From contig JBGSVZ010000115.1 in NCBI GenBank assembly GCA_041752695.1, positions 1-10,561 of the forward strand: 10,561 nucleotides of DNA, given 5' to 3'. Position numbers and translations under genes: made by a program. The stretch is from Terrimicrobiaceae bacterium. GTDB taxonomy: Bacteria; Verrucomicrobiota; Verrucomicrobiia; Chthoniobacterales; Terrimicrobiaceae. Below the pieces are notes generated by a model, which saw only the letters and a program-made list of their open reading frames with translations, was not told the origin of the DNA and searched no databases. Below, piece by piece: positions 1 to 5,248 of the stretch (positions are counted from its first letter, which is position 1; each line of letters starts with the position of its first letter).

Positions 1-339
1 AGCACCGTGCAGGGCGACGGCCGCGGCCGCGTTGGCCAGCCGGTCCGCCCCGATGGAGCGCGGCTGCGGATAGTCAATCCCGACTCCGAGCGTGACATCC
101 GGACCGACCCAGCAGATGCCGGGCGGGAGGGTTTTTTCCAGGACGGCGTTTTTTTCTGGAACGACGGAGGCGGCGATGACGTGGCGGAAATCCCGGCCAT
201 CGAGGGCTTCGCGCAGGCAGCGGGTGGAGAGCGAAGGGGTGGGCAGCCGGCTCGTCCGGCCGAGCCGGGATCGGCTGGAAAAGGCGATTTTGGTGAAGGA
301 ATTGCTGACGTCGATCAGGAGGAACTCGGCCGCGGGCAT
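1..339 (-). CDS. coaX: Type III pantothenate kinase, 5' part (continues beyond the left edge)
   Basis: Manual translation from ATG at 339: MPAAEFLLIDVSNSFTKIAF...HVIAASVVPEKN...LGVGIDYPQPRSIGADRLANAAAAVALHGA. It shows the N-terminal LLID-x-x-N phosphate motif, SVVP and the Y-x-x-P-x-x-I-G-A-D-R signature of PanK-III. No stop over 113 codons. Not in the ORF track because it is truncated by the window. Confidence 0.92.
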   Translation of the reverse strand, partial: MPAAEFLLIDVSNSFTKIAFSSRSRLGRTSRLPTPSLSTRCLREALDGRDFRHVIAASVVPEKNAVLEKTLPPGICWVGPDVTLGVGIDYPQPRSIGADRLANAAAAVALHGA

Positions 340-345
340 GGGCGG

Positions 346-374
346 AGTTTTTCTGGAGGAGGCCGCACGGTCAA
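346..374 (-). promoter_or_regulatory. Putative sigma70 promoter of coaX, leaderless geometry
   Basis: Minus strand reads TTGACC (374-369), 17 nt, AAAACT (351-346), 6 nt (CCGCCC), ATG (339). No Shine-Dalgarno sequence precedes the ATG. Confidence 0.5.
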
Positions 375-388
375 GCCGCGCGGAGAGC

Positions 389-2119
389 CTAATACGGGAG
401 CTTTCTCCGGAGGGTGTTCATCCGCAAATCAATGCGGGGATCCGTCGGCCGGAGGATCTGCAATTCTCCGAGGAGAGATTTTGTCGCCGGAATATGCCCG
501 AGTTCAAACTCCAGCTCGGCCTGCAGCAGAAGAGGGACCGGGTCCCGGCGGGCGCTCAAGTCCACGGCTTGGGCAAAGGCGTCCCGCGCTTCCTGTGGGA
601 GCCGGTCGGGATTGGTTTGCTCGCTGAGGACGAGGCCCAGGTTTCGCCAGGCATTCGCAGAGCGGGGATCAATTTTTACCGCCTGACGGAACGCTTCCGC
701 CGCCTCACCGGTTTCACCCGTGTCACGGAGGCTGTTGCCCAGATTGAACCACGCGCGGGAATCCCCGGGCGCCCCTTGCAGAATGCGCCGGAAAATCGTC
801 TTGGCTTCGGCATGCTGCCCGGCCTGCTGATGCATCGCACCGAGATTGATCAGGACCACGGGATTGGCGGGTTGCACGGTCTCCGCGTGGGAGAACAACG
901 TCCAGCCATCCCTCCAGACCCCACATTGACGGTGGGAGATCAGCGCCAGCGCGAGAATCATGCCTCCCGCCAGCAGGACGCGGACCCGAAAAAATTCCCG
1001 CCCCGCGACCCAGAGGCCGAACATGGCAAAGGCCCCCGTGAGCGACAGATACGTGTAGCGATCGGCGGTGAAGCTTGTTCCCACATAAAGCAGGCCGGAG
1101 GACGGCAGCGAACAGATCAAAAACCAGGCAAGGGCAAAAAAGAGCCCGGGATTTTGCCGGCGCCGCATCCACCCCAGGATTCCGAGGCCCAGCAAAAGCG
1201 CCCAAGCCCCCGCCGCCACCGCCGTGGAGTACCTGGGGTAGGCATAATGAAAACTCAGGTCCACGGGGACAATCGAGCGCCAGGCGGTGAACAGGAGGCC
1301 TCCAGCCAGATGAAGGAGCCGATACCCGAACGGCAGGCTATCCATCAGCGGAGCATGGGTGCCCCGACTTTGAAACCAGACGGCCAACAGTGCCGTCGCC
1401 AGCGCGGCGGCGAACCACCAACGCCACTCCACCAGCCGGTCCCACCAAAACTTCCATCCCCACGACCGCTCACCGTCCCGCCAGCCCACGGCGAGGATGG
1501 CCACGACCGGCAAGATGACCGTGGAAGGTTTTGCCATCATGGCTGCCAAAAACACCAGCAGTGCCATGCCCCGGTGATTCCGGAGAACCAGAAGGAGGGA
1601 CCCAAAAAAGAGCAGCCCGCTGAGGACGTCTTTCCGCTCGCTCACCCAAGCCACAGACTCCACCCGCAGCGGATGAATGGCAAAAAGCAGCGCTGCCACC
1701 AGGGCCGCCACCCGCGACGCCGTGAGCTCGCGCCCAAAGAGGTAGACCAGCCACGCCGTCCCCCCATGCAGCAAAAGGCTGGTGAAATGATGGCCGCCGG
1801 GAACACGCAGGCCGAAGACCTGCGCATCCAGCATGTGAGAGATCCATGTGAGGGGATGCCACAGATTTTCCACCCCCGGATGCGCCAATTGCCCGCCGGC
1901 ATCCCAATACGTCAGGGCCCAGAGCAGCCCGCGCCAGGTCAGCCCGCCCGCCACATAAGCATTCCCCGTGATGTAGGCCTGGTCGTCGTAAGGAACAAAC
2001 TGAAATCCGAGGGTCTGGCTAAAAACGAGGACGACCACCACCGCAATGAGCGCAAACGCGCCCATGTCCCCATTTGTCCAAACGGACGAAGAACCGCCCG
2101 TTTCACCAAGCTTGGTCAT
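389..2119 (-). CDS. TMTC-like (GT-C fold) multi-pass membrane glycosyltransferase, putative protein O-mannosyltransferase, with C-terminal TPR repeats
   Basis: 576 aa with about 10 hydrophobic segments. Family motifs: FVPYDDQAYI (diacidic DD after TM1), WHPLTWISHMLD, LFAIHPLRVESVAWVSERKDVLS, AKP, LSFHY, ADRYTYL, WRDGWTLF. These are followed by TPR-like units (VLINLGAMH..., AWFNLGNSL...AAEAFRQAVKIDP, AWRNLGLVL). The start could instead be the downstream Met (MGAFAL). Confidence 0.85.
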   Translation of the reverse strand: MTKLGETGGSSSVWTNGDMGAFALIAVVVVLVFSQTLGFQFVPYDDQAYITGNAYVAGGLTWRGLLWALTYWDAGGQLAHPGVENLWHPLTWISHMLDAQVFGLRVPGGHHFTSLLLHGGTAWLVYLFGRELTASRVAALVAALLFAIHPLRVESVAWVSERKDVLSGLLFFGSLLLVLRNHRGMALLVFLAAMMAKPSTVILPVVAILAVGWRDGERSWGWKFWWDRLVEWRWWFAAALATALLAVWFQSRGTHAPLMDSLPFGYRLLHLAGGLLFTAWRSIVPVDLSFHYAYPRYSTAVAAGAWALLLGLGILGWMRRRQNPGLFFALAWFLICSLPSSGLLYVGTSFTADRYTYLSLTGAFAMFGLWVAGREFFRVRVLLAGGMILALALISHRQCGVWRDGWTLFSHAETVQPANPVVLINLGAMHQQAGQHAEAKTIFRRILQGAPGDSRAWFNLGNSLRDTGETGEAAEAFRQAVKIDPRSANAWRNLGLVLSEQTNPDRLPQEARDAFAQAVDLSARRDPVPLLLQAELEFELGHIPATKSLLGELQILRPTDPRIDLRMNTLRRKLPY

Positions 2120-2147
2120 TGGTCACAAAAGAGAATTGGTCACAAAA
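2112..2147. repeat. Short direct repeats overlapping the TMTC-like gene start
   Basis: ATTGGTCACAAAA occurs at 2118-2130 and 2135-2147 (17-bp period), with a third partial copy TTGGTCA at 2112-2118. Confidence 0.8.
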
Positions 2148-2225
2148 ACGTTCGTGCCGGGCGCCGCGGGAGCATCCGACGCAGCGGGACTCGCGTTTCT
2201 GAACCCGCCGTCAGGCAAGACAAAA

Positions 2226-2254
2226 AGGCTTGGTTGTTTTTGCCCCCCTGTCAA
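2226..2254 (-). promoter_or_regulatory. Putative sigma70 promoter for the TMTC-like gene
   Basis: Minus strand has a perfect TTGACA (2254-2249), a 17-nt spacer, then a weak -10 AAGCCT (2231-2226). Confidence 0.35.
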
Positions 2255-2364
2255 ATCGATTTCCGGTGCCAGCGCGACGGAAACTTTCACCCAGCCAAAA
2301 AAGACAATCTGTTGCATTGTTCCCCGCCCTGGAAATCCGCAAGGCGTTCCCCCCACCCGCGGGG

Positions 2365-2392
2365 TTGCTCCCGGGACGTTTGGCTTTATACT
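2365..2392 (+). promoter_or_regulatory. Putative sigma70 promoter of mnmA, leaderless geometry
   Basis: TTGCTC (2365-2370), 16 nt, TATACT (2387-2392), 6 nt (CCCGGG), ATG (2399). No Shine-Dalgarno sequence. Confidence 0.6.
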
Positions 2393-2398
2393 CCCGGG

Positions 2399-3523
2399 AT
2401 GTCAGAACCAAAAAAGCGCGTGCTCGTGGGCATGAGCGGAGGAGTGGATTCCAGTGTGACCGCTCACCTGCTGAAGCAACAGGGCTATGAAGTCATCGGC
2501 GTGACAATGAAAGTCTGGCCGCAGGACTGCATCTCGCGTGCCGAGGACAAATGCTGCGGGCCGTCCGCCATCGCCGACGCGCGCGGAGTGGCGCACAAAC
2601 TGGGCGTGCCCCATTACGTGGTGGACGAGGCGGATCAGTTCGAAAAACTCGTCATCAATTATTTCTCCAGCGAATACCAGGCCGGCCGCACACCGAACCC
2701 CTGCGTGATGTGCAACGAGCTGCTGAAATTTGGCAACCTCTGGACGAAGGCCGCCGCTCTCGGGGCCGACTACATCGCCACCGGACACTATGCCATCATC
2801 GAACACCAGCCCGACCGCGTCGTCCTTCGCAAGGGCCTCGATGGCCGCAAGGACCAGTCGTATTTTCTCTTCAGCCTGCGCCAGGAACAGCTCCGCCGCG
2901 CGCTCACTCCGCTGGGCGGCATGACCAAACCGGAAATCCGCGACATCGCCCGCGAGCTTGGGCTCAAGGTGGCCGACAAGGTGGACAGCCAGGAAATTTG
3001 TTTTGTGCCCGGCAATGACTACCGCGCCTTCCTGAACTCGCACCTTGGCGAGACGGAGTTCCACCGCGGTGGGATTTACAATGTGGAGGGGGAGTTTCTC
3101 GGCGAACACGAGGGCATCGAAATGTTCACCATCGGCCAGCGGAAGGGCCTCCCCGGCGGCTCGCCGAAACCGCTCTACGTCGTCGATATCGACCCCGAGA
3201 CGTCCCGCGTGATTGTGGGCGGTGAGGAGGATCTGGTGCGCGATGAGTTTGAGGTGGACCGCGTGAACTGGCACGTGCCCGAGGACGAAATCCCGGAGAC
3301 GCTCACGGTCAAAATTCGCTACGCCCACCCCGGCGCGGAGGCCTCGGTGGAAGCGCTCCCCAACCACCGCGCCCGCATCCGTCTGCACGTGCCGCAGCGC
3401 GCCATCACGCCTGGCCAGGCCTCGGTTTTTTACGACGGTGACCGGGTGATCGGCGGCGGCTGGATTGTCCGCAAAGTCGCCCCCCTGCGGAGTGAAAGGG
3501 AAAGTGAACTTGTGAAAGGGTAG
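2399..3523 (+). CDS. mnmA: tRNA-specific 2-thiouridylase MnmA
   Basis: C-terminal 374 aa of the 92..3523 track ORF, starting MSEPKKRVLVGMSGGVDSS (PP-loop). Also YQAGRTPNPCVMCN, IATGHYA, KDQSYFL, DSQEICF, FTIGQRKGL, KIRY and RAITPGQASVFY. Confidence 0.98.
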   Translation: MSEPKKRVLVGMSGGVDSSVTAHLLKQQGYEVIGVTMKVWPQDCISRAEDKCCGPSAIADARGVAHKLGVPHYVVDEADQFEKLVINYFSSEYQAGRTPNPCVMCNELLKFGNLWTKAAALGADYIATGHYAIIEHQPDRVVLRKGLDGRKDQSYFLFSLRQEQLRRALTPLGGMTKPEIRDIARELGLKVADKVDSQEICFVPGNDYRAFLNSHLGETEFHRGGIYNVEGEFLGEHEGIEMFTIGQRKGLPGGSPKPLYVVDIDPETSRVIVGGEEDLVRDEFEVDRVNWHVPEDEIPETLTVKIRYAHPGAEASVEALPNHRARIRLHVPQRAITPGQASVFYDGDRVIGGGWIVRKVAPLRSERESELVKG

Positions 3524-3549
3524 CCTCCCTTTCCCCCTCACCTTCATTC
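3490..3549. repeat. Purine-tract/pyrimidine-tract imperfect inverted repeat at the mnmA-cutA junction
   Basis: GTGAAAGGG repeats at 3492-3500 and 3512-3520. Hairpin GAAAGGG (3514-3520) / TAGCCT loop / CCCTTTC (3527-3533). Outer arms 3490-3508 and 3531-3549 are complementary at 13 of 19 positions. Confidence 0.5.
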
Positions 3550-3554
3550 TTCGC

Positions 3555-3884
3555 GTGATTCGCCTCGTTCTCACCACCTTCGCCACCAGCGAAGACGCCG
3601 CGACAGTGATCCACAAATTGGTGGAGGAAAAGCTCGCTGCCTGCGGGACGATCCTGCCCGGCGCGAGATCGATCTACGGGTGGAAAGGCGAGATCGAGGA
3701 CACCACGGAAGTCATGGTGTTTCTGAAAACCGTCCCGGAGAAGCTCGCCGCGCTGCAAGCCCGCCTCACGGAACTCCACCCCTACGAGACGCCCGAGATC
3801 CTGGCGATAGACCCGACCGGCGTTTCTCCGGCCTACGCCGCTTGGATAAACGCCCAGGTGGGTTCCCTCTCCCTCGAAGGGTAG
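3555..3884 (+). CDS. cutA: CutA1 divalent-cation tolerance protein
   Basis: 109 aa, GTG start. Motifs LVEEKLAACGTI, SIYGWKGEIE..E and LHPYETPEILAI are CutA signatures. It lies 31 bp after mnmA, so co-transcription is likely. Confidence 0.95.
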   Translation: MIRLVLTTFATSEDAATVIHKLVEEKLAACGTILPGARSIYGWKGEIEDTTEVMVFLKTVPEKLAALQARLTELHPYETPEILAIDPTGVSPAYAAWINAQVGSLSLEG

Positions 3885-3921
3885 CAGGACCCCCGGTCTG
3901 CACCACCAAGGGGAGACGTAT

Positions 3922-4554
3922 TCAAGACCCCGAGGAGTAGTCGCGTTCCGCTTTCACCTGCCAGATTTTTCCCGAAGGCCACTCGAGCGCCGTGAGCGCT
4001 CCCCCATACACACACCCGGTGTCGATGCCGTAAAATTTTCCATTCTCGATGCAGGGCTTCGCAAAATCCTTCCGGTACCGCTTGTGGCCGACGACGAGCG
4101 GACGCCCAAGATCGATGCCGTCCTTCCAGGAGGGATCCGGCGTCTCATCGCCGGTGAGCAAGGCGGGGGATTGGTCCAGCAAAGGCAGCCCCGGCACGAC
4201 GGCGCCGTGCACCGCAATCAGCTCGGCGCTTTCATAAAAGAGGGGCATCCCCGCCGCCATGGACAGATACCCCTCATAATCAACCTCTGGCATCAACTTG
4301 CGGGTACGCACGCTTTCCCGCCGCGGGCGCACTCCGTCGGTACGCCAGAAAAGATGGTCGTTTTCGTGATTGCCCCGCAAACAAATCGCCTCAAGCGAGC
4401 GTGCGATCCGCACCACCCCCGCCGGGTCCGGGCCTTTATTCACGAGATCCCCCAACAAAATCAAGCGGTCCGACGCGCCGGGCGCGACCAGATCGAGCAG
4501 GGCGGAAAACTCCCGGCTGCAGGCATGGATGTCTCCAATGAGAATGGTCTTCAT
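3922..4554 (-). CDS. Calcineurin-like metallophosphoesterase (PPP family; ApaH/PrpE-like nucleotide polyphosphatase or Ser/Thr phosphatase)
   Basis: 210 aa with IGDIHAC, LGDLVNKGP, RGNHE, AVHGA, VVGH and GIDTGCVYGGALTAL motifs. An SD-like GGAG lies upstream of the ATG at 4554. Confidence 0.9.
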   Translation of the reverse strand: MKTILIGDIHACSREFSALLDLVAPGASDRLILLGDLVNKGPDPAGVVRIARSLEAICLRGNHENDHLFWRTDGVRPRRESVRTRKLMPEVDYEGYLSMAAGMPLFYESAELIAVHGAVVPGLPLLDQSPALLTGDETPDPSWKDGIDLGRPLVVGHKRYRKDFAKPCIENGKFYGIDTGCVYGGALTALEWPSGKIWQVKAERDYSSGS

Positions 4555-4649
4555 GGCTTCTCCGCGGCATGTTCCCTATCAGTCTCCCCGCCCGTGGCAA
4601 TCTCGGAAAACGCATGACTCCACCGGACCTTTCCGCTACACGAGGGGAC

Positions 4650-5150
4650 ATGAGAATGTTTCCCCGAATTTTCCTCGTTCTCCTCGCCCTCGCCCTACCC
4701 GCCCTGGCGGAGGACTGGACCAAAAAAGACCCCGAGGCGATCGCCAAGGAAGCCCGCAAAATCGCCGCGGACCTTCGCAAGGAGGCCGATTATTTACAGA
4801 CCCGCGCCTTCCAGGAGGGCCGAGCCCTTTCTGCCGACGAGAAAAAATACGTCACCTACACCCTGGAGGAAGCGGACCTGCTGCAAAAAAGCTACGAAGC
4901 CTGGGACAAAAACCAGAAGCGCATGGCCGAAAAATTCCGCGAGAAGGCGAGCGAATTTTGCCACAAGCGCGGCGAAATGGCCGGGAGACTGAAACTTTGG
5001 GAGGAAAAGAAACCATCCCTTGATGACAAAAAGGGCGGGGACAAAACCCAATCCGAAAAGGCTGCCAAACTCGCCGAGATTGAAAATCAGCAGGCTGAAC
5101 TTGAGAGGAAAAAAAAGGAGCTGCAGGAATCGCCCTCGACCGGGCTGTGA
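4650..5150 (+). CDS. Hypothetical secreted alpha-helical/coiled-coil protein
   Basis: Same frame as track ORF 4569..5150. ATG 4650 (or 4656) follows GAGGGG. Sec signal peptide MRMFPRIFLVLLALALPALA|ED, then a mature region very rich in K/E/A ending in a coiled coil (KAAKLAEIENQQAELERKKKELQE). 166 aa. Confidence 0.8.
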   Translation: MRMFPRIFLVLLALALPALAEDWTKKDPEAIAKEARKIAADLRKEADYLQTRAFQEGRALSADEKKYVTYTLEEADLLQKSYEAWDKNQKRMAEKFREKASEFCHKRGEMAGRLKLWEEKKPSLDDKKGGDKTQSEKAAKLAEIENQQAELERKKKELQESPSTGL

Positions 5151-5248
5151 GTTGAAACGTTGATCGCGGGGAGCAGCACCCTTTGGGGTCAGACCTTATT
5201 ATACGGAAATCGTTGCCCCGTTTTTCCTCCCTCGGCGAGATCCCGGCT

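Noticed and set aside
2150..2235. Possible SRP (4.5S) RNA suggested by GAACCCGCCGTCAGG
   Set aside because: It lacks the GNRA loop and AGCAG of SRP helix 8 after TCAGG.
2255..2272. Possible sigma54 promoter (minus-strand CTGGCAC)
   Set aside because: The -12 TTGC element is absent (the sequence reads ATCG at that position).
2123..2356. 77-aa ORF just upstream of the TMTC-like gene (possible leader peptide)
   Set aside because: No SD, motif or convincing composition, and it spans putative promoter elements. It cannot be excluded but is unsupported.
92..2398. Apparent 1143-aa MnmA fusion with a 769-aa N-terminal extension
   Set aside because: The extension is the antisense shadow of coaX and the TMTC-like gene plus the intergenic DNA, and is P/R/Q/G/H-rich without motifs. 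MnmA homology starts at Met 2399, which has its own promoter-like sequence.
2402..3616. 404-aa minus-strand ORF, and similar long alternative-frame ORFs (4852..5916, 5183..5851, 7248..8213, 7936..8799, 8441..9280, 9392..10021)
   Set aside because: All overlap well-supported genes and have no recognisable motifs. Such ORFs are expected from stop-codon scarcity in GC-rich coding DNA.
3885..3921. Terminators between convergent gene pairs (cutA/phosphoesterase here, and 5151-5248)
   Set aside because: Only weak short stems without a convincing U-tract, so not called.
2399..4554. mnmA-cutA-phosphoesterase as a single novel tRNA or nucleotide pathway
   Set aside because: The phosphoesterase is convergent and all three are widespread housekeeping families. 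Nothing in the sequence links them beyond adjacency.
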